In this document: piece by piece, positions 17,930 to 30,556 of the stretch
How the letters are laid out: each line of letters starts with the position of its first letter
Position numbering within the stretch: the stretch's first letter is position 1
Source: Salinispira sp.
GTDB lineage: Bacteria; Spirochaetota; Spirochaetia; DSM-27196; Salinispiraceae
Direction of reading: 5' to 3'
Assembly (NCBI GenBank): GCA_965226555.1
Contig: CBDDDG010000021.1
Span: 1 to 64,000 of the forward strand
Length of the DNA: 64,000 bases
Made by a program: the position numbers and the translations under genes
The notes under the pieces: generated by a model
The model's input: the letters and a program-made list of their open reading frames with translations, nothing else
Databases searched by the model: none
Told to the model about the DNA's origin: nothing

Positions 17930-20134
17930 ATGATCATTTACACAAAAACAGATGAAGCTCCCGCTCTTGCGACCTATTCACTCTTTCCCATTATCATGGC
18001 ATTCATATCAAAGGCCGATGTTGCCTGTGAGTTATGGGATATCTCACTGGCCGGACGTATAATCGCCCAATTCCCCGAGTATCTCAGCGAAGAACAACGC
18101 ATACCAGATGCGTTGACCGAACTCGGCAGGCTGGTACTGAAACCCGATGCGAATATCATCAAGCTCCCCAACATCAGCGCATCAATCCCCCAAATAAAAC
18201 AGGCGGTGAAGGAGCTCCGTGAAAAGGGCTGCGGCATCCCGCAATTCCCCGAGAACCCCGCGACCGAAGAGGAACAGGAAATACGGAAACGCTACGATCG
18301 TGTCAAAGGATCTGCGGTTAATCCCGTACTCCGCGAGGGCAATTCCGACCGCCGCGTCCCCCCCTCCGTTAAAAAGTATGCCCGCGCCCATCCGCATTCC
18401 ATGGGCGCATGGGCATCCACTTCCAAATCGCATGTGGCAAGCATGTCCGAGGGCGATTTCTACGGCAGCGAGCAGTCAATGACCATGGACAGGGAGTCGA
18501 CGCTGAGCATTACCCTGCTGGAAAACGGGAAAAAAAAGCATGTTCTCAAAAAAGACCTGCGCGTTCAGAAAGGCGAAATAATTGATGCCGCCCTCATGAG
18601 CCGTAAGTCGCTCAGAGACTTTCTCCGGAAGGAAATTGATGATGCCCGCGCTCGCGGGGTGCTCTTCTCCATACATGTGAAGGCAACCATGATGAAGGTC
18701 TCAGACCCCATTATTTTCGGTCATGCCGTATCGGTGTTTTTTGAAGATGTTTTTACGAAATATGCCGATACCTTTGCCGACAGGGGAGTGAATGCAAACA
18801 ACGGGCTTGCCGATCTCTATGCAAAACTCGATGAGGCGCCTGAATCGCTGAAGGCCGAAATTCACGCGGCAATGCGCAAAGTCATGGAAGAGGGGCCTGA
18901 AATGGCAATGGTGAATTCCGACCGCGGTATTACAAACCTCCATGTTCCCAGCGACATTATTATTGATGCTTCCATGCCGGCTGCGATCCGATCCTCGGGG
19001 AAAATGTGGGGGGCTGATGGTAAGCTCAAAGATATGAAGGCCATTATTCCCGACCGGAGCTATGCGGGCGTCTACGCTGAGGTTATTGCATTCTGTAAGC
19101 AGAATGGCGCTCTTGATCCCTCTACCATGGGTTCCTTCTCAAATGTCGGTCTCATGGCGCAGAAAGCAGAGGAGTACGGTTCTCATGATAAGACCTTTGA
19201 ACTCCCCGCATCCGGCCGTATTGAAATTCGGGATGAAAATGAACATGTTCTGTTTACGCTCGAAGTGAAAAAAGGCGACATCTTCCGCATGTGTCAGGTG
19301 AAAGATGCTCCCGTGCGCGATTGGATAAAGCTGGCGGTAGAGCGGGCGAAAACAGCGCCGGTAATTTTCTGGCTCGATAAAAACCGCGCGCATGACAGGG
19401 AGCTCATAAAAAAGGTTGAAACATCCCTTCTCCAATATAATACCTCCGCTTTGAACATCAGCATCCTGAATCCGGCAGAGGCGGCAGCGCGTACAGTTCA
19501 AGACCTCGCAGCGGGAAACGATGCTATTGCCGCCACCGGTAATGTGCTCCGCGATTATCTGACAGACCTTTTTCCCATTCTCGAGTTGGGAACCAGTGCC
19601 AAAATGCTCTCCATAGTCCCCCTCATGAACGGCGGCGGCCTCTTCGAAACCGGAGCAGGCGGTTCAGCGCCGAAGCATGTCCAGCAGTTTGAGAAGGAAG
19701 GACATCTTCGCTGGGATTCCCTCGGTGAGTTTCTTGCGCTCGCGGTAAGCCTTGAGCTATTTTCGCGAACGAACAGCAACACCCGGGCGGGTATTCTCGC
19801 GCAAACCCTCGACAGCGCCACGGGGCAATTTCTTGAGAACAACAAAAGCCCCGGACGTAAGGTTCATGAACCCGACAATCGGAGCAGCCACTATTACCTT
19901 GCCCGCTATTGGGCCCGTGCCCTCGCAGATCAAACAAAAGACACACAGCTTGCCGAAGATTTTGCAGTTCTTGCCGAATATCTTGAAAACAATGAAGAAC
20001 ACATTCAGAAAGAACTGCTTGAATCTCAGGGGGGGCCGCAGGATATCGGAGGGTATTATGCCCCCGATTTTCATAAGGCTTCGCGGGCTATGAGACCCAG
20101 CAGTACCCTTAACAAGGCATGGAATTTATTATGA
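17930..20134 (+). CDS. icd: Monomeric NADP-dependent isocitrate dehydrogenase
   Basis: [64 protein letters not shown]. Confidence 0.96.
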   Translation: MIIYTKTDEAPALATYSLFPIIMAFISKADVACELWDISLAGRIIAQFPEYLSEEQRIPDALTELGRLVLKPDANIIKLPNISASIPQIKQAVKELREKGCGIPQFPENPATEEEQEIRKRYDRVKGSAVNPVLREGNSDRRVPPSVKKYARAHPHSMGAWASTSKSHVASMSEGDFYGSEQSMTMDRESTLSITLLENGKKKHVLKKDLRVQKGEIIDAALMSRKSLRDFLRKEIDDARARGVLFSIHVKATMMKVSDPIIFGHAVSVFFEDVFTKYADTFADRGVNANNGLADLYAKLDEAPESLKAEIHAAMRKVMEEGPEMAMVNSDRGITNLHVPSDIIIDASMPAAIRSSGKMWGADGKLKDMKAIIPDRSYAGVYAEVIAFCKQNGALDPSTMGSFSNVGLMAQKAEEYGSHDKTFELPASGRIEIRDENEHVLFTLEVKKGDIFRMCQVKDAPVRDWIKLAVERAKTAPVIFWLDKNRAHDRELIKKVETSLLQYNTSALNISILNPAEAAARTVQDLAAGNDAIAATGNVLRDYLTDLFPILELGTSAKMLSIVPLMNGGGLFETGAGGSAPKHVQQFEKEGHLRWDSLGEFLALAVSLELFSRTNSNTRAGILAQTLDSATGQFLENNKSPGRKVHEPDNRSSHYYLARYWARALADQTKDTQLAEDFAVLAEYLENNEEHIQKELLESQGGPQDIGGYYAPDFHKASRAMRPSSTLNKAWNLL

Positions 20135-20520
20135 GCGATCCGAAAAATCAGAAAGACTGGAAAAAAATACTTGATCCCTCTGTGTACAGGGTTACCCGCT
20201 TAGGCGGTACAGAGTCTCCCTTCAGCGGTAAACATTACAGAGAAAAACGCAGGGGAAATTATACCTGTTCCAATTGTGACGCTCCGCTCTTTCATTCCAG
20301 CGCCAAATACGATAGCGGCAGCGGATGGCCGAGTTTCTTCCAGCCAGTTACACATGAGAATGTCCGGGAGCTTGAGGATTTCAGTCATGGAATGCTGCGT
20401 ACCGAAGCGCGCTGCGCGTCCTGCGATGCTCACCTCGGTCATACATTCCCTGACGGACCGGAACCCACCGGTATCCGCTATTGTATTAACTCTCTGAGCC
20501 TGAATTTTGAGGAAGAATAA
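20131..20520 (+). CDS. msrB: Methionine-R-sulfoxide reductase
   Basis: [34 protein letters not shown]. Confidence 0.96.
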   Translation: MSDPKNQKDWKKILDPSVYRVTRLGGTESPFSGKHYREKRRGNYTCSNCDAPLFHSSAKYDSGSGWPSFFQPVTHENVRELEDFSHGMLRTEARCASCDAHLGHTFPDGPEPTGIRYCINSLSLNFEEE

Positions 20521-20546
20521 TTTTTTGCAAAATTGTTAATAATCGG

Positions 20547-20575
20547 TTGACAAAGATTTTGCCGATTGATACTAT
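20547..20575 (+). promoter_or_regulatory. Sigma-70 promoter for tuf-S10 operon
   Basis: TTGACA-17 bp-TACTAT with extended -10 TG. Confidence 0.7.
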
Positions 20576-20581
20576 CCACAC

Positions 20582-20899
20582 TTGTGTTCTGACTATATGC
20601 TTTATATAGCATATGGCAGACTTGAATATATCACTGTAATGTCGTGTTGATGATCAATGTTATGGTATCTGATAGATAAAATCCGATATTATTGATCAAC
20701 CAAACCGACCTTCCGATGATTAATGCCTGTGTCGGGTAATAATGGTTGGATGGTAAGGTGGTTGGGGCATATTTCCATATATTTACTATGGATATGTGCC
20801 TGAAAACTACTTCTCCTGCCTCCCCATAATATTTATATGTTGCCTTACTACCGATCCTGCAGATAGGGTTCGGCAAGTAGTGTTCTGAAGGAGGGCATA
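20582..20899 (+). promoter_or_regulatory. Long structured 5' leader / candidate ncRNA upstream of tuf
   Basis: Five consecutive hairpins (20588-20620, 20651-20698, ~20699-20764, 20766-20800, 20847-20881) between promoter and RBS. Confidence 0.5.
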
Positions 20900-22090
20900 A
20901 TGGCCAAGGAAAAGTTCGAACGAACGAAGCCGCATATTAACGTTGGTACTATTGGTCACGTTGACCATGGTAAAACAACCCTGAGTGCTGCAATTACAAT
21001 GCACAGCGCAAAAAAGCACGGTGCAAAGGCCCTGAAATATGAAGATATTGACAACGCGCCTGAGGAAAAGGCTCGGGGTATCACGATTAATACCCGTCAT
21101 CTTGAGTATGAATCAGATAAACGGCACTATGCTCATGTCGATTGTCCCGGACATGCCGACTATGTCAAAAATATGATAACCGGCGCGGCGCAGATGGATG
21201 GCGCGGTATTGGTTGTTTCGGCAACCGATGGTCCCATGAGTCAGACACGGGAACACATTCTTCTTGCCCGTCAGGTAGGTGTGCCGGCCCTTATGGTATT
21301 TATTAACAAAACCGATATGGTTGATGATGAAGAACTTATTGATCTTGTTGAAGAAGAAGTTCGGGAGTTACTGTCGGCCTATGATTTTCCTGGAGATAAT
21401 ATCCCGGTTATTCGCGGTTCGGCTTTCAAAGCCATGGAGAATCCCGATGACGAAAAGGCCATTGAGCCGGTCATTAAACTCCTTGAGACCATGGACGAGT
21501 ACTTTCCCCTTCCCAAGCGTGATATTGATAAACCCTTTCTCATGCCCATTGAGGATATTTTCTCCATTCAGGGGCGGGGAACAGTTGTTACCGGCCGTAT
21601 TGAAAGGGGAATTGTAAAAGTCGGCGAAGAAGTTGAAATTGTGGGAATTCGTGAAACATCGAAGACAACAGTAACTGGTGTTGAAATGTTTAACAAACTT
21701 CTTGATGAGGGGCAGGCGGGCGATAATGTTGGAGCACTCCTGCGCGGTGTCAACAAAAATGATGTTGAACGCGGTCAGGTTCTTGCAAAACCCGGTACCA
21801 TTACCCCGCACTCAAAATTTAAAGGGACAATCTATTGCCTCAGTAAAGAAGAGGGTGGACGCCATTCGCCATTTTTCACCGGTTATCGTCCCCAGTTCTA
21901 TTTCAGAACTACCGATATAACAGGGACAGTAACCTTGGCAAAGGGTAAGGAAATGGTCATGCCCGGTGATAATAGTGAGATAGAGGTTGAACTTATTCAT
22001 CCCATTGCCATGGACAAGGGGCTGCGCTTTGCCATCCGTGAAGGCGGTAGGACGGTTGCATCCGGCCAAGTAGTGGAAATTATTGAGTAG
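20900..22090 (+). CDS. tuf: Elongation factor Tu
   Basis: [42 protein letters not shown]. Confidence 0.99.
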   Translation: MAKEKFERTKPHINVGTIGHVDHGKTTLSAAITMHSAKKHGAKALKYEDIDNAPEEKARGITINTRHLEYESDKRHYAHVDCPGHADYVKNMITGAAQMDGAVLVVSATDGPMSQTREHILLARQVGVPALMVFINKTDMVDDEELIDLVEEEVRELLSAYDFPGDNIPVIRGSAFKAMENPDDEKAIEPVIKLLETMDEYFPLPKRDIDKPFLMPIEDIFSIQGRGTVVTGRIERGIVKVGEEVEIVGIRETSKTTVTGVEMFNKLLDEGQAGDNVGALLRGVNKNDVERGQVLAKPGTITPHSKFKGTIYCLSKEEGGRHSPFFTGYRPQFYFRTTDITGTVTLAKGKEMVMPGDNSEIEVELIHPIAMDKGLRFAIREGGRTVASGQVVEIIE

Positions 22091-22152
22091 GATAGGCTCA
22101 CGGTTCATTAAGTATTGCAGATGTTTTGTGCATCGTGGGTGTTGGAGGAAGT

Positions 22153-22455
22153 ATGAATAAAATACGTGTACGGCTTCGGGGTTTTGATGTCGAACTTATT
22201 GACCAAAGTGCGAAAGCAATTGTTCAAAGTGTTCAAAAATCAGGAGTCAGTGTTTCGGGTCCCATCCCGTTGCCTACACGAATAAATAAATTTACCGTTC
22301 TCCGTTCTCCTCATGTGAATAAAAAGAGCCGGGAGCAATTTGAAATGCGTACCCATAAACGCCTGATAGACATTATTGAGCCGACATCTGCCGTTATGGA
22401 TGCACTTATGAGGCTTGAACTGCCTGCAGGTGTTGATGTAGAGATTAAGCAGTAG
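22153..22455 (+). CDS. rpsJ: 30S ribosomal protein S10
   Basis: [28 protein letters not shown]. Confidence 0.98.
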   Translation: MNKIRVRLRGFDVELIDQSAKAIVQSVQKSGVSVSGPIPLPTRINKFTVLRSPHVNKKSREQFEMRTHKRLIDIIEPTSAVMDALMRLELPAGVDVEIKQ

Positions 22456-22465
22456 GATTGAGTAG

Positions 22466-23089
22466 ATGATAGGACTTCTTGGCGTAAAAAAGGGAATGAC
22501 GCAAATTTTTAGTGAAGACGGTGAAGTCATTCCTGTCACTGTTGTGCATGTTGATAATCATACTGTTATCGGCCGTAAAACAGAGGAGGAAGACGGCTAC
22601 AATGCTGTTCTCCTTGGTTCTGGTTCAATAAAACCGAAGCATGTTTCCAAACCGTATGGGGGGCAATTCTCAAAGGATATTACCCCCCAGCGTCATCTCT
22701 TTGAGCTCAGGGATTTCGGCGATGATATTAGTATCGGCGATGTTGTCGGTGTTGATATATTTAGCACGGTGCCGTTTGTCGATGTTACCGGCACATCCAA
22801 GGGTAAGGGTACTCAGGGCGTCATGAAGCGTTGGGGCTTTCGAGGTGGACGGGCAACCCACGGTTCCAAGTTTCATAGGGAACATGGTGCTACTGGTATG
22901 GCAGCGTCTCCGTCTAAAGTAATAAAGGGTACAAAGATGGCAGGACGTATGGGAAATGAACGGGTAACAGTTCAGAACATACGTGTTGTCAGGGTTGATC
23001 CTGAGAAACAGCTCATGCTTGTCAAAGGCGCTGTTCCAGGACGGAAGAATGGGCTTGTGCTTCTTCGGAATGCGCAAAAAAAATCCTGA
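22466..23089 (+). CDS. rplC: 50S ribosomal protein L3
   Basis: [32 protein letters not shown]. Confidence 0.98.
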   Translation: MIGLLGVKKGMTQIFSEDGEVIPVTVVHVDNHTVIGRKTEEEDGYNAVLLGSGSIKPKHVSKPYGGQFSKDITPQRHLFELRDFGDDISIGDVVGVDIFSTVPFVDVTGTSKGKGTQGVMKRWGFRGGRATHGSKFHREHGATGMAASPSKVIKGTKMAGRMGNERVTVQNIRVVRVDPEKQLMLVKGAVPGRKNGLVLLRNAQKKS

Positions 23090-23100
23090 TTAGGTAGTGT

Positions 23101-23784
23101 ATGAATGTGAAAGTTCTGTCAAAGAATGGCAGCGAAGAAAAAACCATGCCTCTTGATGACTCGGTGTTCGGATGTCAGGTAAATGATTCCGCGATCTACT
23201 ATGCCATTCGTAATGAGCTGGCAAATCTTCGGCAGGGTACTGCTTCCACAAAAACGCGGGGAGAAGTAAAAGGCTCCCGAAGAAAACTCTGGAAACAGAA
23301 AGGCACCGGCCGTGCCCGTATGGGTACCCGCCAAAGCCCCATCTGGACAGGTGGAGGTGTGGCCTTCGGACCCAAGCCCCGCGACTATAGTTATAAGCTT
23401 CCCCGTAAATTGAAACGTCTGGCTTTCCGTTCTGTTCTCAGTTTAAAAAATAAAGATGGGGATCTTCTTGTTGTTGAAGATTTCGATGTTGAATCAGGTA
23501 AAACAGGAAAACTTTCCGCAATTCTCAGGAACATTATTCCGGCAGAACGGAGTGTATTTATTATCAGCGATAAAGATAAGCTCATCAAACGGGCGGGAAA
23601 AAATATCCCATGGCTCACAACTCTGAGTTTTGACAAACTTCGGGTTCATGACCTCTTTTATGGCAAAAAAATTCTTCTCTTTGAAAGCGCTGCGCATGAG
23701 CTTAACACTTTCTACGGTGAAGAAGAAAAACCGAAGAAAGCTCCGAAAGCTGCAAAAAAATCATCGGGAGGTAAAACCTCATGA
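23101..23784 (+). CDS. rplD: 50S ribosomal protein L4
   Basis: RQGTASTKTRGEV, QKGTGRAR, GGGVAFGPKPR. Confidence 0.98.
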   Translation: MNVKVLSKNGSEEKTMPLDDSVFGCQVNDSAIYYAIRNELANLRQGTASTKTRGEVKGSRRKLWKQKGTGRARMGTRQSPIWTGGGVAFGPKPRDYSYKLPRKLKRLAFRSVLSLKNKDGDLLVVEDFDVESGKTGKLSAILRNIIPAERSVFIISDKDKLIKRAGKNIPWLTTLSFDKLRVHDLFYGKKILLFESAAHELNTFYGEEEKPKKAPKAAKKSSGGKTS

Positions 23785-24065
23785 GACCTGATGAAATAAT
23801 AATTCAGCCCTTGCTCACTGAAAAAAGCAATGTCCTTCGCGAGCAGAATAAATATAGTTTTGTTATCAATCCGAGAGCCAATAAAATTGAAGTAATGCAG
23901 GCGGTAGAAAAACTTTACAATGTTAAGACCGAATCCTGCAATATCATACGGGTCAAGGGAAAACCGCGCCGCGTTCGCTATGCGATTGGGAAAACCTCCA
24001 GTTGGAAAAAAGCGATACTCACCCTGAAAGAGGGGCAGAAAATTGCTGCCTTTGAAGGGGTTTAA
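23781..24065 (+). CDS. rplW: 50S ribosomal protein L23
   Basis: [25 protein letters not shown]. Confidence 0.97.
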   Translation: MRPDEIIIQPLLTEKSNVLREQNKYSFVINPRANKIEVMQAVEKLYNVKTESCNIIRVKGKPRRVRYAIGKTSSWKKAILTLKEGQKIAAFEGV

Positions 24066-24076
24066 GGAATAGTATA

Positions 24077-24916
24077 ATGGGAATAAAGTTGTATAACCCG
24101 ATAACACCGAGCCTGCGTGGTACTGCGACAATTACTTTCGAGCAGTTGACGCGTTCCCGTCCGGAAAAAAGTCTTACTAGTGGTAAGTCAAGTAAGGCCG
24201 GACGTAATTCTGCAGGGAGAATATCGGTTCGGCGCCGTGGGGGCGGTCACAAGCGCCGTTATCGCCATGTAGATTTTCTTCGTAATAAGCATAATGTTCC
24301 GGGTATTGTCGCTGCAATTGAATACGATCCAAACCGCAGCGCAAACATTGCCCTCATTCATTATCTTGATGGTGAAAAACAGTATATACTTGCTCCCCGC
24401 GGTCTTGAAGTCGGACGAAAAATCCTGAGCGGCAGTTCTGCGCCGCCTGAAGTCGGCAATACACTTCCGCTTGAAAATATGCCCATGGGTTCAACCATCC
24501 ACAATATTGAACTTGAGCTGGGACGCGGCGGACAACTTGCGCGCGCTGCTGGTGTTTCAGCAACCCTTGTTGCAAGCGAAGGCGACTACGTAACAGTAAA
24601 GCTTCCCTCCGGGGAAATGCGGATGATCTTTAAAAAATGTTCTGCGACAATTGGTGTTGTGGGTAATGAAGATCATATGAATATCAGTTATGGTAAGGCA
24701 GGGAGATCGCGTTGGCTTGGTCATCGTCCCAAGGTTCGCGGTGTTGTTATGAATCCTGTTGATCATCCACACGGGGGAGGTGAGGGACGTACCTCAGGCG
24801 GTCGTCACCCTGTTTCACCTTGGGGTACACCGACAAAGGGATATAAAACGCGAAAAAAGCGCAAGACATCAGATCGTTTTATTGTGAAAAGACGCAGCAG
24901 GCGTCACAGGAGGTAG
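24077..24916 (+). CDS. rplB: 50S ribosomal protein L2
   Basis: [36 protein letters not shown]. Confidence 0.99.
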   Translation: MGIKLYNPITPSLRGTATITFEQLTRSRPEKSLTSGKSSKAGRNSAGRISVRRRGGGHKRRYRHVDFLRNKHNVPGIVAAIEYDPNRSANIALIHYLDGEKQYILAPRGLEVGRKILSGSSAPPEVGNTLPLENMPMGSTIHNIELELGRGGQLARAAGVSATLVASEGDYVTVKLPSGEMRMIFKKCSATIGVVGNEDHMNISYGKAGRSRWLGHRPKVRGVVMNPVDHPHGGGEGRTSGGRHPVSPWGTPTKGYKTRKKRKTSDRFIVKRRSRRHRR

Positions 24917-24919
24917 CGT

Positions 24920-25201
24920 TTGTCGAGATCGGTAAAGAAGGGTCCCTTTGTTGAAAGAAGTCTTTATAAACGGGTGGGCGAGATGAATAAGGATACGAAT
25001 ACGAAGAAGATGATCAAAACATTTTCCCGTTCATCGACCATTATTCCTGATATGGTTGGATTAACCATCTCTGTGTATAATGGAAAATCATGGATCCCCG
25101 TATACATAACTGAAAATTTAGTAGGGCATAAACTCGGTGAGTTTTCACCTACCAGAATTTTCCGCAGCCATGCGGGTTCTGATAAAAAGGCTTCACGTTG
25201 A
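24920..25201 (+). CDS. rpsS: 30S ribosomal protein S19
   Basis: [20 protein letters not shown]. Confidence 0.98.
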   Translation: MSRSVKKGPFVERSLYKRVGEMNKDTNTKKMIKTFSRSSTIIPDMVGLTISVYNGKSWIPVYITENLVGHKLGEFSPTRIFRSHAGSDKKASR

Positions 25202-25214
25202 GGATGGTACAGCA

Positions 25215-25595
25215 ATGAGTTCCGAATATAAGGCACATGCCCGTTACATCCTTATTTCTCCTTCAAAAGTTCGTCGGGTAGCAGATAATGTGCGGAGAAA
25301 AAGATATATAGAGGCTATTACCATACTTTCACATTTGCCGCACAGGGGAGCGAAAATTTTGAAAAAGGTCATACAGAGCGCGGCTGCCAATGCCCTGTAT
25401 CAGGATTCCCAGCTTGATGAAGATAATCTGCATGTTACCGAATTATACGTGAATGAAGGTCCCCGATTGAAACGGATATGGCGTCGGGGGCGGGGACGCG
25501 CAGATGTTCTGGTCAAAAGAATGAGTCACATTACCGCGGTAGTAAGCGAAACCCGAACAAACGAAACCATGAAGACGGAAAAGGCAGAAAAATAG
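25215..25595 (+). CDS. rplV: 50S ribosomal protein L22
   Basis: SPSKVRRVAD.VR, SAAANA, VNEGPRLKR..RGRGRA. Confidence 0.97.
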   Translation: MSSEYKAHARYILISPSKVRRVADNVRRKRYIEAITILSHLPHRGAKILKKVIQSAAANALYQDSQLDEDNLHVTELYVNEGPRLKRIWRRGRGRADVLVKRMSHITAVVSETRTNETMKTEKAEK

Positions 25596-25596
25596 T

Positions 25597-26298
25597 ATGG
25601 GACAAAAAATACATCCGAAGAGTTTACGTCTTGGCATTAATAAAACATGGAGTTCAAAATGGTATGTTGACCCCCGTGAGTATGCGAATACCCTTCATGA
25701 AGATATCAAGCTTCGTAAGACTCTTTTAAATCATCCTGCTGCCAGAAATGCCGACATTGCAGAAGTTGAAATTGTTCGTCATCCGCAGCAAATCACTATT
25801 ATTATTCACACCTCATTGCCGGGCATTATAATTGGAACCAAGGGCGCTACTATTGAGAAAATAGGATCGACTCTGCAGAAAATTACCGACAAGAAAATTC
25901 AGTTGAAGATAAAAGAAATCAAAAAACCTGAAATTGATGCTCAAATTATTGCCTTTGATGTAGCGCGAAAACTGAAAGGAAGGGCATCGTTCAGAAGAAC
26001 GCTGAAAATAGTCAGTTTGCAGGCGATGAAAAATGGCGCTCAGGGAATAAAAATTCTCATTGCCGGCCGTCTTGGAGGCGCAGAAATGAGCCGCAGGGAA
26101 TCTATCAGGCAGGGACGTGTTCCGCTTCATACTTTTCGCGCCAATATTGATTATGGTTTTGCTGAAGCGCGAACCACCTTTGGTGTTATCGGAGTGAAGG
26201 TTTGGGTGTTTAAGGGTGAAGTATTGAAGCGTGAGACTAAGGAAGATGCCGGATCTCTGGTGCGTAAACGAAAAGACTTCGAAGGAGGGAGGCGTTAA
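25597..26298 (+). CDS. rpsC: 30S ribosomal protein S3
   Basis: [31 protein letters not shown]. Confidence 0.98.
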   Translation: MGQKIHPKSLRLGINKTWSSKWYVDPREYANTLHEDIKLRKTLLNHPAARNADIAEVEIVRHPQQITIIIHTSLPGIIIGTKGATIEKIGSTLQKITDKKIQLKIKEIKKPEIDAQIIAFDVARKLKGRASFRRTLKIVSLQAMKNGAQGIKILIAGRLGGAEMSRRESIRQGRVPLHTFRANIDYGFAEARTTFGVIGVKVWVFKGEVLKRETKEDAGSLVRKRKDFEGGRR

Positions 26299-26300
26299 AC

Positions 26301-26729
26301 ATGTTATCCCCGAAGCGACTGAAATATCGAAAACACCAGCGGAATGTGAAAAATTCTCTTCTTGGAAGAGCTCAGAGAGGTAACTCTATTGCCTTTGGAG
26401 ATTACGGATTAATTTCACTTGGAAATAAATGGCTGACTGGAAGGCAGATTGAAGCTGCCCGTATCGCAATGACACGGCATATTAAACGCGGCGGTAAAGT
26501 GTGGATCAGAATTTTCCCCGATATACCCTATACCCGAAAACCTGCGGAAACCCGAATGGGTAGCGGAAAGGGTAATCTGGAATCATGGGTTGCTGTTGTA
26601 AAAAAAGGAACTGTTATGTTTGAAATTGCTGGTGTGGATCGTGAACTTGCGAGAGGGGCAATGTTGCGTGGAGCTTCAAAACTTCCCATACGATGCAAAT
26701 TTTCTGTTCGGGATGATGTGAGAGAATAA
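26301..26729 (+). CDS. rplP: 50S ribosomal protein L16
   Basis: [27 protein letters not shown]. Confidence 0.98.
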   Translation: MLSPKRLKYRKHQRNVKNSLLGRAQRGNSIAFGDYGLISLGNKWLTGRQIEAARIAMTRHIKRGGKVWIRIFPDIPYTRKPAETRMGSGKGNLESWVAVVKKGTVMFEIAGVDRELARGAMLRGASKLPIRCKFSVRDDVRE

Positions 26730-26730
26730 T

Positions 26731-26919
26731 ATGAAAAATTCATTTACTGATCTAACTTTTGAAGAACTGGTACAGAAACGGGAAGAGTTGAAGAAGAAAT
26801 ACATGGATATTCGTTTTAACACTGTTGTCGGACACATTGATAATCCCCTTGAGAAACGAATTGTCAGACGTCAAATATCGCGTCTGAATAGTTTGATTTA
26901 TAACCATCCGGATTTATAA
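26731..26919 (+). CDS. rpmC: 50S ribosomal protein L29
   Basis: Operon position; RF...GH..NP...R.VRRQISR. Confidence 0.94.
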   Translation: MKNSFTDLTFEELVQKREELKKKYMDIRFNTVVGHIDNPLEKRIVRRQISRLNSLIYNHPDL

Positions 26920-26926
26920 TTTGGCA

Positions 26927-27220
26927 ATGAGTGAGGAGACTGGCTTGGAAAAAGATATTTTACTGAAAAAATTAAAAAAGCGTCGCTCGTATACTGGTGT
27001 GGTTGTGAGCGACAAAATGGATAAAACGGTTGTTGTACTGGTAACAACAAAACGGCTGCATAAATTGTATAAAAAATATGTTGTCTGGTCTAAAAAACTC
27101 AAGGCGCACAATGAGAACAATGATGCGAAAATGGGTGATACCGTTCGAATCGAAGAGTGCAGACCAATCAGTAAGACAAAAACCTGGCGTATGGTTGAAA
27201 TTGTTGAGCGGGCGCGATAG
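26927..27220 (+). CDS. rpsQ: 30S ribosomal protein S17
   Basis: [24 protein letters not shown]. Confidence 0.98.
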   Translation: MSEETGLEKDILLKKLKKRRSYTGVVVSDKMDKTVVVLVTTKRLHKLYKKYVVWSKKLKAHNENNDAKMGDTVRIEECRPISKTKTWRMVEIVERAR

Positions 27221-27237
27221 GCGCGGAGAAATATAAG

Positions 27238-27606
27238 ATGATTCAAATGCAAAGTTATCTGACAGTAGCCGATAACAGCGGTGCCCGAAAAGCGCAGTGT
27301 ATCAAGGTGCTTGGAGGAAGTAAGAGGAAATTTGCTGGTATCGGCGACATTATTGTGGTTGCGATAAAAGAAGCAATCCCGAATTCTCCGCTGCCGAAGG
27401 GCAAGGTTGAACGGGCAATTATTGTGCGAACTAAATCGGCATATCGTCGAAGTGATGGTACATATATCCGCTTCGATGAAAACGCCTGTGTTATTATTGA
27501 TGGCAGTAATAATCCGAGAGGCAAGCGGATTTTTGGTCCGGTCGCGCGTGAACTTCGCGATAAAAATTTCATGAAAATTATCTCACTTGCTCCTGAGGTT
27601 CTTTAG
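27238..27606 (+). CDS. rplN: 50S ribosomal protein L14
   Basis: [33 protein letters not shown]. Confidence 0.99.
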   Translation: MIQMQSYLTVADNSGARKAQCIKVLGGSKRKFAGIGDIIVVAIKEAIPNSPLPKGKVERAIIVRTKSAYRRSDGTYIRFDENACVIIDGSNNPRGKRIFGPVARELRDKNFMKIISLAPEVL

Positions 27607-27608
27607 AG

Positions 27609-27938
27609 GTGAAGGCTATGATGTACAGGCATGGAACAAAGCTTAAAAAAAATGATGAGGTTATTATTAATACCGGTAGAGAAAAGGGAAAAACCGGTAG
27701 AATTCTCAGTATTGATCGTGATAAGGGGCGGGTACTTGTAAAAGGGGTTAACATGCTCAAAAAAGCTGTCCGTAAGAAAAATCAGAATGACAGGGGCGGT
27801 ATCATTGAAATTGAAGGTTCCATTCATATATCAAACGTTCAACTTTTCAATAAGAATGGTAAAGCCGTTCGCGTTCGATATAAAATTGAAAATGGAAAGA
27901 AGCAGCGTGTAAATAGCAAGACAGGGGAGGTTCTGTAA
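27609..27938 (+). CDS. rplX: 50S ribosomal protein L24
   Basis: KK.DEV....[21 protein letters not shown]. Confidence 0.97.
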   Translation: MKAMMYRHGTKLKKNDEVIINTGREKGKTGRILSIDRDKGRVLVKGVNMLKKAVRKKNQNDRGGIIEIEGSIHISNVQLFNKNGKAVRVRYKIENGKKQRVNSKTGEVL

Positions 27939-28489
27939 TGACAGATTCGCTGCCCCGTTTGAAAGCGATGTACCATGAAAAAGTGCGCAAAGCGCTTCAG
28001 AAGGAATTTGCGTATAAAAGTTCCATGCAGTATCCCCGTCTGGAAAAAATTATTCTGAGCATGGGAGTCGGAATCGCAGTTTCGAACAAAAAGGCCCTTA
28101 CTCAGGCTGTGGGTGAGTTGACACTTATTGCCGGGCAGCGCGCTATTAAGACACGCGCGCGGAAATCAATCTCAAACTTCAAGCTTCGCGCAGGCATGGA
28201 AATTGGCGCAAAAGTAACCCTGAGGGGTGTTCGTATGTATGAATTTCTTGACAGATTTATTAGCATTGCGCTTCCCCGGGTGAAGGACTTTCGCGGACTG
28301 AATCCGAATGCCTTCGATGGTCATGGGAATTATTCCACAGGGATAGATGAGCAGATTATTTTTCCTGAGATTGTATACGATAAAATTGAGCGTATTAGTG
28401 GTTTGAATGTTGTAATTGTTACATCGGCTGCTACTGATCCCGAAGCAAAGGCTTTGCTCAGCGGTCTGGGTATGCCGTTCAGGAAATAA
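27938..28489 (+). CDS. rplE: 50S ribosomal protein L5
   Basis: [35 protein letters not shown]. Confidence 0.98.
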   Translation: MTDSLPRLKAMYHEKVRKALQKEFAYKSSMQYPRLEKIILSMGVGIAVSNKKALTQAVGELTLIAGQRAIKTRARKSISNFKLRAGMEIGAKVTLRGVRMYEFLDRFISIALPRVKDFRGLNPNAFDGHGNYSTGIDEQIIFPEIVYDKIERISGLNVVIVTSAATDPEAKALLSGLGMPFRK

Positions 28490-28498
28490 GGGGAAAAT

Positions 28499-28684
28499 AT
28501 GGCAAAAAAATCATTGATAATTAAGGCAAACCGAAAACCGAAATTCAAAACCCGCAAAGTTAATCGTTGTGAAATCTGCGGCAGACCGAGGGGATACATG
28601 CGGAAATTTAAAATGTGCCGTGTGTGTTTCAGAAAATTGGCCAGTGAAGGGCTGATTCCCGGTGTAACTAAATCCAGTTGGTGA
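28499..28684 (+). CDS. rpsN: 30S ribosomal protein S14, Zn-binding (type Z)
   Basis: 61 aa with CEICGRPR...MCRVCFR. Confidence 0.97.
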   Translation: MAKKSLIIKANRKPKFKTRKVNRCEICGRPRGYMRKFKMCRVCFRKLASEGLIPGVTKSSW

Positions 28685-28693
28685 GGAGAACCT

Positions 28694-29089
28694 ATGAGTG
28701 TTAGTGATTCCATTGCAGATATGCTCACAAAAATCAGAAACGGTTCCATGACCGGTCTTGAAAGAGTTGATATTCTTCAGTCAAATCTCAAACTTGAGAT
28801 TGTTAAGATATTAAAAAACGAGGGTTATATTAAAAACTTTAAAGTATTGAAAGATAACAATGGCGCCATTCGCGTGTTCTTAAAGTACAGCGATGATGAA
28901 AGGCCTGTTATTCAGGGAATCAGAAAGATTTCCACGCCTGGCAGGCGTGTCTATTCGGGGTATAAAAAACTGCCTCGTATTTTTAACGGTTATGGAACAC
29001 TCATTGTTTCCACCTCCGCCGGAGTTACCACCGGTAAGAAAGCGAGTGAAAAAAAGCTTGGCGGAGAACTTATTTGCTCAATCTGGTAG
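28694..29089 (+). CDS. rpsH: 30S ribosomal protein S8
   Basis: [28 protein letters not shown]. Confidence 0.98.
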   Translation: MSVSDSIADMLTKIRNGSMTGLERVDILQSNLKLEIVKILKNEGYIKNFKVLKDNNGAIRVFLKYSDDERPVIQGIRKISTPGRRVYSGYKKLPRIFNGYGTLIVSTSAGVTTGKKASEKKLGGELICSIW

Positions 29090-29098
29090 GGGAGTAGG

Positions 29099-29638
29099 AT
29101 GTCACGAATCGGAAAAATACCTGTGCAAATTCCTCAGGGGGTAACGGTAAGCATTAGCAATGATTGCCTTACCGTGGAGGGACCAAAAGGTATGCTCAAG
29201 CAGGAGTACCTGCCCCAGATTACCTTTAAAACTGAGGGTTCTCTTGTCAATGTGCAGAGAAAAGATGATACAAAGGAGGCGAGAAGTCTTCACGGACTTT
29301 ACCGAAAACTCCTTGATAACATGATCATTGGTGTAAGTAAGGGCTTTGAGAAGGTTCTGCTGATAAGCGGAGTTGGCTACCGGGCTGAACTCAATGGTAA
29401 AGAACTTTTGCTAAATCTTGGGTTTTCAAATCCTGTTACCTATATGCTCCCGGAAGGTATTGAGGTTAAGGTTGAAAATCAGACAAAGGTTACTATCAAA
29501 AGTATAAATAAAATTCTTCTTGGCCAAACTGCCGCTGAAATTCGTTCGTTACGGCCTCCTGAACCCTATAAGGGTAAGGGTATTACGTATGAAAATGAAA
29601 TAATTCGCCGTAAGGAAGGGAAATCCGGCATAAAATAA
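29099..29638 (+). CDS. rplF: 50S ribosomal protein L6
   Basis: MSRIGKIP, GVGYRA, RPPEPYKGKGI. Confidence 0.98.
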   Translation: MSRIGKIPVQIPQGVTVSISNDCLTVEGPKGMLKQEYLPQITFKTEGSLVNVQRKDDTKEARSLHGLYRKLLDNMIIGVSKGFEKVLLISGVGYRAELNGKELLLNLGFSNPVTYMLPEGIEVKVENQTKVTIKSINKILLGQTAAEIRSLRPPEPYKGKGITYENEIIRRKEGKSGIK

Positions 29639-29683
29639 CAATACCGGTATAAGAGTGTGAAATGTACAAAGGGCGTTTGAATA

Positions 29684-30037
29684 ATGATTAGTGAAAAGCA
29701 AAGAAAAAAACAACGGCGAAAAGCTAGAGTGAGAAAAAAGGTGAGTGGAACCAGTGGGCGACCGCGTCTCAGTTTGTTTAAAAGTAATTGTAATTTATAT
29801 GCTCAGGCTATTGATGACGGCGCAGGGCATACCCTCGCATCAATTTCAACTCAGGAAGAAGCATTCAAAAAAATGAAGATATGCGTTGATGATGCTTCCA
29901 TGCTTGGTGAGGCTTTCGGTAAGAAATTGAAAGCGCTTAAAGTTAAGGAAGTTGTTTTTGATCGAAACGGTATGCTTTATCATGGTGTAATAAGGGCCTT
30001 CGCCGATGGAGCGCGGAAGTCGGGTATAAGGTTTTAA
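29684..30037 (+). CDS. rplR: 50S ribosomal protein L18
   Basis: GT..RPRL, YAQ.IDD, VVFDRNG..YHG. Confidence 0.98.
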   Translation: MISEKQRKKQRRKARVRKKVSGTSGRPRLSLFKSNCNLYAQAIDDGAGHTLASISTQEEAFKKMKICVDDASMLGEAFGKKLKALKVKEVVFDRNGMLYHGVIRAFADGARKSGIRF

Positions 30038-30046
30038 GGAGAGTTT

Positions 30047-30556
30047 GTGGATCGGAGTAGTACTGACCGTGATCAAAATAATGATTTTTTTGAAAAACTT
30101 ATAAAACTCAATAGAGTTGCAAAAGTTGTTAAGGGGGGAAGAAGATTCAGCTTTTCCGCTCTCATGATAGTTGGCGATAGAAATGGCAGTGTGGGATTTG
30201 GTTTTGGGAAGGCGAATGATGTTTCAGAGGCAATCCGGAAGGCTGTTGATAAGGGAAAACGGACTATGATCCGCTTGCCGATAAAAAACGGTACCATTCC
30301 GCATCAGATTATAGGCAAATTCAAAAGTTCTTCCATACTCATGAAACCTGCTTCTCCTGGAACAGGCATTATTGCAGGAGGTCCGGTGCGAGCTATTTTT
30401 GAAGCGGGCGGTATGAGTAACATTCTCAGCAAATCGCTTGGATCGCAGAATGCAATTAATGTTGTAAAGGCAACTTTCGATGGTCTGGAACACCTCATGG
30501 ATGCCAGAGTGGTTGCGGGAAACCGAGGTAAAACCATTGAGGAGTTATGGGGATGA
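30047..30556 (+). CDS. rpsE: 30S ribosomal protein S5
   Basis: [27 protein letters not shown]. Confidence 0.98.
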   Translation: MDRSSTDRDQNNDFFEKLIKLNRVAKVVKGGRRFSFSALMIVGDRNGSVGFGFGKANDVSEAIRKAVDKGKRTMIRLPIKNGTIPHQIIGKFKSSSILMKPASPGTGIIAGGPVRAIFEAGGMSNILSKSLGSQNAINVVKATFDGLEHLMDARVVAGNRGKTIEELWG

